This document shows positions 35,801 through 44,572 of a stretch of DNA of 63,980 nt, one piece after another. Origin of the DNA: Candidatus Woesearchaeota archaeon (GTDB taxonomy: Archaea; Nanobdellota; Nanobdellia; SCGC-AAA011-G17; GW2011-AR20). The stretch covers positions 1-63,980 of the forward strand of contig JAGVZQ010000003.1 in NCBI GenBank assembly GCA_018302465.1. The letters are read 5' to 3'. Made by a program: the position numbers and the translations under genes. The first letter of the stretch is position 1; every line of letters starts with the position of its first letter. The notes under the pieces were generated by a model. It did not search any database. It worked only from the letters and a program-made list of their open reading frames with translations, and was not told where the DNA came from.

Positions 35801-36262
35801 ATCAGGATTGCCGTCTGGTCCAACATTAGGTGTTTTTATAAAAGGGATATCAGAATCAGCAGCTATAAAACCATCTACATTAGAATTCCATATTCCATCT
35901 TTATTTCCGTATAATGTAGAAAAGCTAAAACCATCAGAATCTTCATCCCCTAGCTGTGTAACAATTACAATATATCCATTAGGCTGAACAACTACGTCTG
36001 AGAAATCATAAACCTCATTTCCATTAGTCTTAGTATTGACTCTAATTTTCCAGGTAGACAAGTCCATAACAGTATTTTCTTTATTATGCAGCTCTATCCA
36101 CTGGCAGCTGGAATCATTCACACATCTAAATGCATCCTTTGCTGCTCCGCTCACAATATTAGTGGGATCATACATTATCTCACTTATTTCCACATTTGGG
36201 GCAGCATAGACTACATCTAATAAGAACAAAAATACAAGTAACAACAATATTTTTTCCCTCAT
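32831..36262 (-). CDS. Giant (1143 aa) surface protein: lamin-tail (LTD)-like N-domain, cadherin-like/He_PIG-like Ig domain, dockerin-like Ca-binding repeat, CARDB-like modules, C-terminal TM anchor
   Basis: NVEISEIMYDP...WIELHN (LTD-like). VNPVNDAPSV..YNYDVNASDLEGNEIDYSL..GLIKWIP. GDFNGDACVNQNDIDLFV. C-terminal TM segment. Confidence 0.7.
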   Translation of the reverse strand: MREKILLLLVFLFLLDVVYAAPNVEISEIMYDPTNIVSGAAKDAFRCVNDSSCQWIELHNKENTVMDLSTWKIRVNTKTNGNEVYDFSDVVVQPNGYIVIVTQLGDEDSDGFSFSTLYGNKDGIWNSNVDGFIAADSDIPFIKTPNVGPDGNPDVEIRLLDGGGSEVNIVFFQAHFNGPTYFVQKSNGYSMEKDVNGNFVQSLSLGGSPGKGRSASPNFSSIPNINLNEDQNLQSRLLDFRSFVTDTDTNDDDLVFSISSFSANTSNLITCGLIGNETDIAKTFFLNCTSLGKDLNGKADLTISASDGSGSDDKSFSIIVNPVNDAPSVISTAVENAVAGLEYNYDVNASDLEGNEIDYSLLSSPSGMSINSSTGLIKWIPNEGQIGNNNVEVRVRDNVPNAKSSSQSFTIYVQPIFGFLNVDVDYSGGSLSSVNNTQSIQRVFTASEFNIMPTLLNRQPAKEGTDIVVDDIEVSIKLERNGNIVFNDIIDSGFSLSSLETRQLDYSFVLPRDLQPGIYKLTLEVEGDLFDIDENFRDVIIPQSREFELMLDVQQSRHDIFISNIRVNDGQVCSANSKLEVSIQNSGTRTERNAQLRVNYLPLNIDSLINIGQISSGENSKQVIDFTNAPGIHNITATVIYNNGQSSNSETLENFQSCTEKGDFNGDACVNQNDIDLFVSKMGLRSSNAGFDSKFDIVRNNVIDADDFFHLSDVFGRGCSTTTSDNGNNEQTPTSIGEGFSLDLAQIKLLVQEGSSIISKLKITNKGNSSIGTKQIFNGEISFEDKKISLDFPAFLSILPSKSSDIEIKTAVPSEFKPGVYTGTFKIETNIQSEIVPVEIEVFPDLCSNGINGEDISITVDEPNRNEDFKPGETISVDLTVRNKGKTRDVTVEGVLWNVDANDEVESVDADSVELDSGDSEKDDFDFEITVPEDVENDKIVLYLKAYDDGDEDAQCIIESNGLDVKRDKNDVRVTSVVIPESLICNSKASLKLSARNFGKDNDESVYFRVTNQDLGIDLNSEVFELKEFDKNGDSITKTISFDVPDTEVEKTTFVLEVVYKEGAERNNLDKEVMILCDENGSQTITQQSGVGSKDNGINGEVIQSTQREISNNLLVNTSAFLAAMLGLGILSYLLKMYILMKK

Positions 36263-36329
36263 TAAAACCCCTCAATAGTGGTTATATTACAGTAAACTAT
36301 TTAAAGTTTATTATAAAAATAACATATTG

Positions 36330-36917
36330 TTAGAAAGCAATCTTTTTTCTATATTTAAAATAAATGTAAAGAACAACAGCTAGGACAAGTATAAGCAAAA
36401 ACCTTGGGTCTAACACGATATTGTCTACCGAGCTTACAACAGAATCACCATAATAGTATACAGAAATAGCAACAGCAAAGAATCTTATTCCTCTTCCTAA
36501 AGTTGAAGCAATAATAAACTTTTTGAAATTAATATAAAAAACCCCTGCGCCTATGGTAAATATTTTGTAAGGCAGTGGAGTCACGCCGGAAATGAAAACT
36601 GCCAATGCCCCATGTTTATCGAATAATTTATGCATTCTTTCTATCTTTCTCTTAGAAAACGTTTTTTCAAGTATTGCTTTCTCACCAATATACCCTAAGT
36701 AATATCCCACCATTCCGCCAAGAACGCTTCCAATCGTAGCCACTGTTCCTATAATCAAGAAATTAGAAGGGTCATTTAAAATCAAAATAGCAATTAGTAT
36801 ATCTGGTGGAACAGGAAAGAAAATAGATTCAATAAAAGATAATGTAAAGAGCCCGAATAATCCGAAGGGAGCAAACTTTTCTTGTGTCCATATTATCAGC
36901 TCGCCAAAGGAAATCAT
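36330..36917 (-). CDS. DedA/SNARE-associated (YqaA-like) membrane protein
   Basis: VTPLPYKIFTIGAGVF motif, 4-5 TM. Confidence 0.65.
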   Translation of the reverse strand: MISFGELIIWTQEKFAPFGLFGLFTLSFIESIFFPVPPDILIAILILNDPSNFLIIGTVATIGSVLGGMVGYYLGYIGEKAILEKTFSKRKIERMHKLFDKHGALAVFISGVTPLPYKIFTIGAGVFYINFKKFIIASTLGRGIRFFAVAISVYYYGDSVVSSVDNIVLDPRFLLILVLAVVLYIYFKYRKKIAF

Positions 36918-37741
36918 TTTTGTGCTTGAAATGCCAACAGGTCATCAGTAGTAATCTTTTCTTTCTTCTTAAGCTTGTCTTCAACTTCCTTAGCCATCTC
37001 ATTTATCTTAGTGACATTTAGAGAATCAATTCTCTTTTTCTCCTTATTTTTTTTCACTTTATCCCTTTTATTTCCTTGATTTAATTTTTTTAGATTATCT
37101 CTAAAACTTTCATTTGCGCCAATATACTCTTTCTTGGTTTCAACAAATTCCTTGTACATCTCTTTATGTTTTTTTCTCAATATAATTATCTCTTTTGATA
37201 GCTTTTTATATTCATCATAACCCCCATCCTTTCTCAGTCCCTGCAGTTTATTGTGGAATTCATCCGCTCTTTTTTTTGTCTCTCTAAGATTTTTGGATGT
37301 CTCTTTTATCTCTTTTGTTATCTTTTCTAAATCGCTGTTCTTTCCAAAAATTTTTTTCAGGTCATTTATTTCTTTCATTACTTTCTTTTCCTGTGAAGGA
37401 GAAAGGGCTTCTGTCTCAATTTTTCTTTCTAATGCTTCTATCCTTTTATGTTCTATCTCAGGATCTTTAATATTGTATTTTTTAAGAATAAGGCTTTTTT
37501 TATCTCTAAGTAGTTTTATTTTTGTTATAAGCTCTTTTACCAGATCATTTTCTTTATCCCTCTCTTTTTTAAGATTCCTGGCTTCATCACCGAGCTTATC
37601 ATTCTCACCCTTCATTGGTTTTATTTTTTCTATCTTTTCTTTGATAGCCTTTCTTATTTCATCCTGTTTTTTAAATAAATCTTCCTTCTTTTCATTAAGA
37701 GAATTAACTTTCTTTTTTAATTCAGATATTATATTTTGCAT
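36914..37741 (-). CDS. Lys/Glu-rich coiled-coil protein (archaeal COG1340-like)
   Basis: Heptad-rich sequence of low complexity throughout. Confidence 0.45.
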   Translation of the reverse strand: MQNIISELKKKVNSLNEKKEDLFKKQDEIRKAIKEKIEKIKPMKGENDKLGDEARNLKKERDKENDLVKELITKIKLLRDKKSLILKKYNIKDPEIEHKRIEALERKIETEALSPSQEKKVMKEINDLKKIFGKNSDLEKITKEIKETSKNLRETKKRADEFHNKLQGLRKDGGYDEYKKLSKEIIILRKKHKEMYKEFVETKKEYIGANESFRDNLKKLNQGNKRDKVKKNKEKKRIDSLNVTKINEMAKEVEDKLKKKEKITTDDLLAFQAQK

Positions 37742-37785
37742 TTTTTAATTTAAATAAAAGAAGAAAAAGAAAAAAAGATAAGGTT

Positions 37786-38088
37786 TCAGCCGAAAAGTGC
37801 GCCAAGACCTGCTGCAGCTTGTTCTTCGCTCTTCTTCTCTTCTTCTGCATCCTTCTTCTCTTCCTTCTTGTCTGCTGAAGGAGATCCTCCGCTGGAAGCT
37901 GCTACTGGAGCAACTGCTGCTTCTTTAATCTCCTTTTCAATATCAACATCTTTCAAAGCAGCTATCAAAGCCTTAATTTTTCCTTCATCTGCCTCTACCC
38001 CCGCTGCTTCTAAGACCTTCTTTACATTTCTATCATTGATTTCCTTTCTAGCTTTATGCAATAAAAGTGCTGCGTATATGTATTCCAT
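37786..38088 (-). CDS. rpl12: Ribosomal stalk protein P1 (aL12)
   Basis: [11 protein letters not shown]... acidic tail ...[18 protein letters not shown]. Confidence 0.85.
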   Translation of the reverse strand: MEYIYAALLLHKARKEINDRNVKKVLEAAGVEADEGKIKALIAALKDVDIEKEIKEAAVAPVAASSGGSPSADKKEEKKDAEEEKKSEEQAAAGLGALFG

Positions 38089-38109
38089 TTTATAAACCTC
38101 CAATGAACA

Positions 38110-39123
38110 TTATCTTTTATATTTTTTTTTATTTATATCAGCTTCTTTTAGTTTATTTAAAATTTCTTGTGCCTTTGTCTCTGCTTCTTTTGAAAAAACT
38201 GAGCTGCTCTTTTCTTTCTTTGGCTCTTCAGCTTTTTCTTTTGGCTTCATCTCTGCAGAAGCTTCTCTAATTTCTTCCTTAATCTCTATTTTTAACTCTT
38301 CTGGTTTTTGTTCTTTCCCTTCTGGTTTATCTGCTTTTTCATCCAACTTAATATTTTTTGAAAGGGCAAGCATCTCTCTCTGTGCCTTTCCTAGCAGTAA
38401 TTTTATAGAGCCTATGCTAATGTATGAAACCCCAACTGCAAGTGAAACAGCCTCGAAATGTGCTTTCCTTAGATTATTCAAATATTCTTTCTCATCTACA
38501 TCCAATACACTCTTTTCATAAATTATACCATCATCTATAGCAACCACAACATTAAGACCAACTTCAATAGGCTCAACGCCAAGCTTAGCCAGTATTCCAG
38601 CTGCTTTAGCTGTTATTTCCTGCCCTTCCTTTGCTAGCACAGATTTTCTCTTTATTACAACTTTTCCGCCTTCAACAGCAGCAACAATTCCTGCTTGCCC
38701 TAGCTCTCCGATAATAGGACCAGGTGGGAAATTAGTAGGCCCAGGTTCAACAGTCAAATCACTCGGAGCGATTTGTCCTGGTTTTGCAGCTATATAAGAT
38801 TTTGACTTCTTTATGGATTTGTAAATGGTAAAAGGATCTTCATTTGTTACAAGTAAAGCAGGCATGCATTCGTCTAAATAAGAGTCTAATCTTGTTAAAT
38901 CTTTTTTATCTTTCAGTTGTTGTATTGCTATTCTCATCAATCTTTTTTTTGTAACTCTGATTATCATATCTTTTTTTAACTTCGTCTTGATTGACTGTAA
39001 TTGAGCAGAAGGTAAATTTGTTAAGTCAGCTATAAGAATCACTTTATAAGTCTGCATAAGTTTCTTTATATAATCAACTTCATTCTTCTTATTCTGTGAA
39101 ACATGAGCTGTACGCTTATTCAT
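38110..39123 (-). CDS. rplP0: Ribosomal stalk protein P0 (uL10)
   Basis: Located between L1 and P1, 337 aa, charged C-terminal extension. Confidence 0.8.
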   Translation of the reverse strand: MNKRTAHVSQNKKNEVDYIKKLMQTYKVILIADLTNLPSAQLQSIKTKLKKDMIIRVTKKRLMRIAIQQLKDKKDLTRLDSYLDECMPALLVTNEDPFTIYKSIKKSKSYIAAKPGQIAPSDLTVEPGPTNFPPGPIIGELGQAGIVAAVEGGKVVIKRKSVLAKEGQEITAKAAGILAKLGVEPIEVGLNVVVAIDDGIIYEKSVLDVDEKEYLNNLRKAHFEAVSLAVGVSYISIGSIKLLLGKAQREMLALSKNIKLDEKADKPEGKEQKPEELKIEIKEEIREASAEMKPKEKAEEPKKEKSSSVFSKEAETKAQEILNKLKEADINKKKYKR

Positions 39124-39847
39124 TTTTCATCTCCTTCTTAGTCTCTTTCTTCTTAGGTTTCTCTTTTACTAATCTCTTTTCAATTTCTTTTTTATCTTCT
39201 CCAATTCTTATAGCAGGGCTCATTGTAGTTTTTAATAAAACATTTTTAATGCTCCCTTCTTCCTGAGGCAATGAATGTATAAGGCTGTTATAAGCAGAAA
39301 GTATATTGTCAGTTAAAGATTCATCACACATATCCTCGCTTCCAATAGATGCTTTGATTATAGGCTCCTTCTTTGCCTGCAATCTTACAATTCTCTGTAA
39401 TCTTTGCACCACAGCATTTAAATCAAGACCAGGAGCAATAACACATCCTGCTTTAGGATTAGGCATTAACCCTCTAGGTCCAAGAGTTCTACCAAAAGTT
39501 GTCGCTATCTGCGCCATTATATTTCCCTGAGCCACAAACAAATCATATTTTTTAATTAAATCACTTATAAGTTTAGGATTAGCTTGGTATTTTGGAAAAT
39601 CCCTTTGCAGCACTACTTCATCAAAAACTTTTGCAGAATCAGCTAATTCAGAACCGACTAAAGCGCATATTTTTAATTTCCTGCTCTTAGGATGAGGTAA
39701 AACAACATACTGGTCTATCTGGCTTTCTTGTTTTTTTACATTAATTTCTTTTAGATTAATAACAATATCAACACTCTGTTTAAACTTGCGTATTTTAGAA
39801 AATTCCCTTAAATTCTTTACAGCTTCCAGTATCTTGATTTTTTCCAT
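39116..39847 (-). CDS. rpl1: 50S ribosomal protein L1 (uL1)
   Basis: FKQSVDIVINLK...GRTLGPRGLMPNPKAG motif. Confidence 0.9.
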   Translation of the reverse strand: MEKIKILEAVKNLREFSKIRKFKQSVDIVINLKEINVKKQESQIDQYVVLPHPKSRKLKICALVGSELADSAKVFDEVVLQRDFPKYQANPKLISDLIKKYDLFVAQGNIMAQIATTFGRTLGPRGLMPNPKAGCVIAPGLDLNAVVQRLQRIVRLQAKKEPIIKASIGSEDMCDESLTDNILSAYNSLIHSLPQEEGSIKNVLLKTTMSPAIRIGEDKKEIEKRLVKEKPKKKETKKEMKNE

Positions 39848-39927
39848 TTATTCCCTCCTACATAAAGTAGTATTAGTGGGTAAGGTAAGCTGAATAAATA
39901 GGATTTATAAAGATTTCTAATTCAATC

Positions 39928-40302
39928 CTACTTTAATCCTTGAGAAACTCTTTCTCTTAAAATAGCATATCTTTCATTAACACCTTCTGGCATGCTAAGT
40001 ATATGTCCTTTTTCCATAATTCTTTCTTCAACAAACACAGTTCCATCTGGAAACTGCCTTCTTGTAAAATCTACATTTCTATATCTTAGTCTGTTAAAGA
40101 AATGAGATTCTCTATCTCCATTAGGCGTAACAGCAAAGCAAAAAACAATATCACCCCCAAAATAATCTTTTACAACTAAAGAAGTAGCAGTGCACTGCCC
40201 TATAGTTGGATTATCCCTGCTCCATTTTTCTCTCATAGGAGAATAACAGGTATCTCTATTCCAAGATCTTTCAAGGCATAATTCTAATTCTCTTAAATTC
40301 AT
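39928..40302 (-). CDS. YunG-like conserved hypothetical protein
   Basis: WSRDNPTIGQCTATSLVVKDYFGG resembles the YunG family as I recall it. Confidence 0.35.
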   Translation of the reverse strand: MNLRELELCLERSWNRDTCYSPMREKWSRDNPTIGQCTATSLVVKDYFGGDIVFCFAVTPNGDRESHFFNRLRYRNVDFTRRQFPDGTVFVEERIMEKGHILSMPEGVNERYAILRERVSQGLK

Positions 40303-40337
40303 AAAAAAATAAAGAAATAAAAATATTTAAGACTACA

Positions 40338-40613
40338 TTATTTCTTTTTCTTATCGTATCTTCTCCAAGATTTTACAGTAGCTTTAGATCTTGTTTCAAG
40401 TCTTCTCAAAACTCTTGTTCTCAGTTCAGAAGCGCTTATAGAACTCCTTCTTTTCAAACTTTCAACAATGCCATTAGCAACATCTTTTACAATTTCTTTT
40501 CTTTTTACTGCAGAAACTCCAGCTTCTTTTGCCGCTTTGTCAATTGCTCTTTCAATCTTAGCCTTGCTAAAATTTTGTCTTTTGCCATTCTTTTTTACAA
40601 CAACATTAACCAT
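40338..40613 (-). CDS. Stand-alone ATP-cone domain protein
   Basis: VVKKNGKRQNFSKAKIERAIDKAAKEAGV. Confidence 0.6.
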   Translation of the reverse strand: MVNVVVKKNGKRQNFSKAKIERAIDKAAKEAGVSAVKRKEIVKDVANGIVESLKRRSSISASELRTRVLRRLETRSKATVKSWRRYDKKKK

Positions 40614-40655
40614 TAAACCACCTCTAAAATATATAGGTTTAAGTAATATATAAAC

Positions 40656-41186
40656 TTAATCTCTGGATATCAGATAAACATACAGTTCCTCAAAAAATAA
40701 TTTCTTCTTCTCTAAACATTCAAATTTATACTTATTTTCTTTTAACACTTCATCAATCTTATTTTTATCAGTTAATGAACTAAAGACAATTAATATTTTA
40801 CCATTCTTATTCAGATAATCTTTGGAGTCTATAATGAATTTCTCTAATATCTCATATCCATTTTTTCCACCTGTAGTTATCCTTCTTGTTTCCTCATCTT
40901 CTAATTCATCCTCAGGCAGATAGGGGGGATTAAATACTATCAAATCAAATTTTTCATCAACACTAGAAAACAAATCAGATAATTTTGCTTTAATCCCTTT
41001 AGACCTGACATAACTAACAACTTCCTTGTTAATATCCACAGCTAAAATATCCATTGCTCCTGATTTTAAAGCAGTCTCAGCCAATATACCAAATCCAGTC
41101 CCCATATCCAGAACTTTTTTGCCTTTAGCTAATTTTTTAATTTGCTTAACCAACAAAAAAGAATCATCATCAGGCTCATAAATCAT
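40656..41186 (-). CDS. HemK/PrmC-related (Mtq2-like) N5-glutamine methyltransferase
   Basis: VLDMGTGFGILA motif I and VFNPPYLP catalytic motif. Confidence 0.75.
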   Translation of the reverse strand: MIYEPDDDSFLLVKQIKKLAKGKKVLDMGTGFGILAETALKSGAMDILAVDINKEVVSYVRSKGIKAKLSDLFSSVDEKFDLIVFNPPYLPEDELEDEETRRITTGGKNGYEILEKFIIDSKDYLNKNGKILIVFSSLTDKNKIDEVLKENKYKFECLEKKKLFFEELYVYLISRD

Positions 41187-41629
41187 TTTATTGCGTTGAA
41201 ATATTCTCTAACTCTTTCAACTATGGAGTTTAAGTAATATCTTTCTATCTTTTCCTTGAATATCTTGTCTAAACTCTCATTCTCGCTAATTCTGTATTTA
41301 TTCTGCACATTTTCAATCAAAAACATGTCTTTTAGCCTTTTTAACTGTCTTCTTATATTAGAAGAAGCAACGCCCCTTGCAGGTAATTTTTTTTCTTTTC
41401 TAAGTTTTATCACAATCTCTTCTACCTGTTTTGAATCCAAAGGCTCATTAGAATCAACAATAGCATGAAAAACATCTACAATAACATCTCTTGAATCCCC
41501 TGGCTGCAAAAGCCCAATAGACAGGCATAACTTTTTTATTAAATCTCTTTTATCTGTATTAGATGGTTTCTCATACTTTCTTAAGGTTATTTCAGCTAGA
41601 GGAGCATCTTTAGAAATTGTCTTAGCCAT
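41183..41629 (-). CDS. Conserved archaeal hypothetical protein (possible wHTH regulator)
   Basis: 148 aa. 4-nt overlap with the methyltransferase gene. Weak HTH-like pattern only. Confidence 0.3.
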   Translation of the reverse strand: MAKTISKDAPLAEITLRKYEKPSNTDKRDLIKKLCLSIGLLQPGDSRDVIVDVFHAIVDSNEPLDSKQVEEIVIKLRKEKKLPARGVASSNIRRQLKRLKDMFLIENVQNKYRISENESLDKIFKEKIERYYLNSIVERVREYFNAIK

Positions 41630-41704
41630 AATCAGAACTATCCTTCCTTATATTTAAATCTTTATTTTAGAAAGTTTTTTAAATTTCTCAGTAAGAGACC
41701 TCAT

Positions 41705-44572
41705 ATGTCAGAGGTTGTCAACGAAAGGCTTGAAAAATTAAAAGGTGTTTTTAGTAATTCTGAAAACAGCTCAAATTTGAGGTATGTGGGTTATTATCTC
41801 TTAGCAGTTTTTATAATCTATTTAGTCTTTCAAAAGCAGTTTGTAGTATGGAAAAACATTCTTTTTATTTTAATCCCGATTGCTTCAATAGTATTAATAC
41901 TGATAAAAAGATATTCAGCAGCAATACTAACAACAGTAATAGGTTTCTCTTCTATATTAAGGATACAGATAATCCCGAATTTAATAGATGCAACAACTGG
42001 AAAGTATATGCCTGCAGATCCTGATGCATTAGCCTTTTTAAGATATGTAAAAGTAATTCTGGAAAACGGTTCATTGCCTTCTATTGATCCATTAAGGTAC
42101 TTTCCTCAGGGTTATAGCAACCTGGCGGAATTCAGCTTTCTTTCTTACGTTATAGCATACTGGTTCAAGATTGTGAGTTTTTTCAGCTCAAAAGTTACAA
42201 TAGAATTGATAGACATTACATATCCTGCAGTTGCTTTTGCAATAGCCATGGTCTTTTTCTATCTTCTGGCAAAACGGCTTACAAATACAAATATTGCCTT
42301 GCTCTCAACAACAATATTATCAGTAATTCCTGCATTTTTATTTAGAACAATGTCTGGCGTTTCAGATAAAGAAGCATTAGGTATGGCATTAATGTTTGGG
42401 GCAATGTACTTTTACATTTGTTCATGGCAAAATAAGAATCAAAAAAAATCATCTTTCTTAGCTGCCTTATCAGGAATATTTACAGGAATGTTAGGTTTGA
42501 CATGGGGGGGAGTTAGTTTCCTGTTCATAATATTTGCTGTCTTTAATTTAACACAAATAATAATAAACAGATTTAATAAAAAGGACTTCTACTCCTATTC
42601 CTTATGGGCGATAGTTTCCATAATAATACTAAATATGTTTTATCCTTCAAGATTCTCATTTAATGTATTTTTAACATCCTTAACAACATTAATCATGATA
42701 GGGGTATTCTTCTTCAGCTTGATCCATTTCTTGTTGATTCATTTGAAACTCTTTGGTTTGTATAACAAGTTCAAAGAAAAATTTCCTCCATGGGTTATTA
42801 GTGGTGCAATAACTGTAGTTTTTGGATTTGCTGCTTTAACCTTAATGTATGGTTCGACATTTATAACAGACAGAGTAGCAGATACATTGCATTCCTTATC
42901 AAAGCCATTTGGAGGAAGCAGATGGGCTTTAACTGTTGCAGAATCAAATCAGCCTTATTTTACAGGAGGTTCATTTTCATTAGTAAATGAACTTAATAAT
43001 AGTAAATACTTTATTGTGCTGTTTATAGCAGGATTAATTGCTATGTTTTATAGTATTATAAAAGATTTAAAGAATTACAAAATAGTATCTGCAATACTCT
43101 TCACATTATTCACCTTAGGAGTATTATTAAGCAGGTACTCAGCAAATTCAAAGTTTAATGGAGAAACCACAATCTCACAAATAACTTATTTTGGATCTTT
43201 AGCTGGATTGTTTATAATGCTATGTCTTGCTTCATTTTTATTATTCAGAAAAAATAAAGAGTTATTTGAAAAATTGCAAAACTCAAACAGGGAATACATG
43301 TTTATCATAGTATTATTTTTCCTTATGGCAATAGCAGCAAGAAGCGCAATAAGGCTGTTTATCGTATTTGCTCCTGTAATCTCATTAACCGCATCTTTTA
43401 TGATGCTGGAAATATATAATTATCTAAAAGAAAAATTAAAAGACCAAAAAGATAGTTTTTTCAAAATAATAATAACAGTAGTGCTTATACTTTTTATCTT
43501 AACAATAACCTGGCCATTTGGTTCAAATGTCTCATCTATTCCTGTTGTTGGCAAATTGCCAATAATAAATCAGGATGGATTAATAATTAAGAGTGCAAAA
43601 ATATCTCTTGGCAACTCTAGAGGAACAGGCTCAGTATTCAATGGTCAATGGCAGTCAGCAGGAGATTGGGTAAGGAAAAATCTTCCTGAAGATGCTGTCT
43701 TTGCTCACTGGTGGGATTATGGTTATTTAGTTCAGACTGGATTTGAAAGAGCTACATTAACAGATGGAGGTAATGCCATAGGGTCAAGGAATTACTTCTC
43801 AGGTAGGCATCTAATGACCGCACAAAATAGTACAGAAGCTCTTGAATACATGAAAACATATGGAGCAACGCATTTATTGTTTATTGCAGATGAGATTGGA
43901 AAATATCCTGCTTACTCTTCAATAGGATCAGATGCAAATTATGACAGGTACTCTCAGATAACTTCATTTAGTCTAGACCAGTCACAAACTCAGGAAACAA
44001 GAGATACAACCATCTTAGTATACAAAGGAGCAGCATTAGTTGAAGATGATCTTAATGTTAACGGTCAGACATATTCCGCATGCACAGCAGGAGTCGCTTT
44101 GGTAAAACTTCCAATATCTAATGATGGGGAATCTATAGGTGCTCCAACAGCAGTAATTGCATATCAGGGCAGGCCTATAGAAGTTCCTCTTGGATGTGTT
44201 TCAATAGGAGATAAAGCCTACAAATTTGAAGATGCCCCATTAAAAGGCTGTTTAAAATTGATGCCAGTAATACAGAATAATAAAGTTGTAGACCAGTTAG
44301 GAAGCGCGTTATACTTATCCCCTAGAGTAGCAAATTCATTATTTGGTAGATTATACTTGCTAAATGAAGATATTGAAGGTTTCAAATTAGTGTATAAAGA
44401 TGAAGGAATTCCTCTATCATTCTATGAAGGCAGGCTTATAGGTCCATTAAAAATATGGGAAGTGGACTATAGCGATGACAATATTAGAATAGTCCCTGAA
44501 TATTTAAGACCTGAATTACCAGATCCAAGAGTAAACCTGGTAAGGAGGGATTTCTGTGAAAACAAGATTTAG
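41705..44572 (+). CDS. aglB: Oligosaccharyltransferase AglB (STT3 family)
   Basis: About 13 TM N-terminal half plus the WWDYG motif (VFAHWWDYGYLV). Confidence 0.85.
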   Translation: MSEVVNERLEKLKGVFSNSENSSNLRYVGYYLLAVFIIYLVFQKQFVVWKNILFILIPIASIVLILIKRYSAAILTTVIGFSSILRIQIIPNLIDATTGKYMPADPDALAFLRYVKVILENGSLPSIDPLRYFPQGYSNLAEFSFLSYVIAYWFKIVSFFSSKVTIELIDITYPAVAFAIAMVFFYLLAKRLTNTNIALLSTTILSVIPAFLFRTMSGVSDKEALGMALMFGAMYFYICSWQNKNQKKSSFLAALSGIFTGMLGLTWGGVSFLFIIFAVFNLTQIIINRFNKKDFYSYSLWAIVSIIILNMFYPSRFSFNVFLTSLTTLIMIGVFFFSLIHFLLIHLKLFGLYNKFKEKFPPWVISGAITVVFGFAALTLMYGSTFITDRVADTLHSLSKPFGGSRWALTVAESNQPYFTGGSFSLVNELNNSKYFIVLFIAGLIAMFYSIIKDLKNYKIVSAILFTLFTLGVLLSRYSANSKFNGETTISQITYFGSLAGLFIMLCLASFLLFRKNKELFEKLQNSNREYMFIIVLFFLMAIAARSAIRLFIVFAPVISLTASFMMLEIYNYLKEKLKDQKDSFFKIIITVVLILFILTITWPFGSNVSSIPVVGKLPIINQDGLIIKSAKISLGNSRGTGSVFNGQWQSAGDWVRKNLPEDAVFAHWWDYGYLVQTGFERATLTDGGNAIGSRNYFSGRHLMTAQNSTEALEYMKTYGATHLLFIADEIGKYPAYSSIGSDANYDRYSQITSFSLDQSQTQETRDTTILVYKGAALVEDDLNVNGQTYSACTAGVALVKLPISNDGESIGAPTAVIAYQGRPIEVPLGCVSIGDKAYKFEDAPLKGCLKLMPVIQNNKVVDQLGSALYLSPRVANSLFGRLYLLNEDIEGFKLVYKDEGIPLSFYEGRLIGPLKIWEVDYSDDNIRIVPEYLRPELPDPRVNLVRRDFCENKI

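Noticed and set aside
35397-35987. Three plus-strand ORFs inside the 1143-aa surface protein gene. The same reasoning covers 31197-32780, 33606-33803, 37251-37748, 37868-38270, 39306-39530, 40468-40653, 41256-41468, 44887-45517, 46491-47090, 47669-47917, 51185-52014, 52147-52797, 55538-55846, 57588-59063, 60512-61265 and 62860-63120.
   Set aside because: All are antisense or out-of-frame shadows of longer ORFs that carry recognisable motifs. None has a motif or a plausible promoter of its own.
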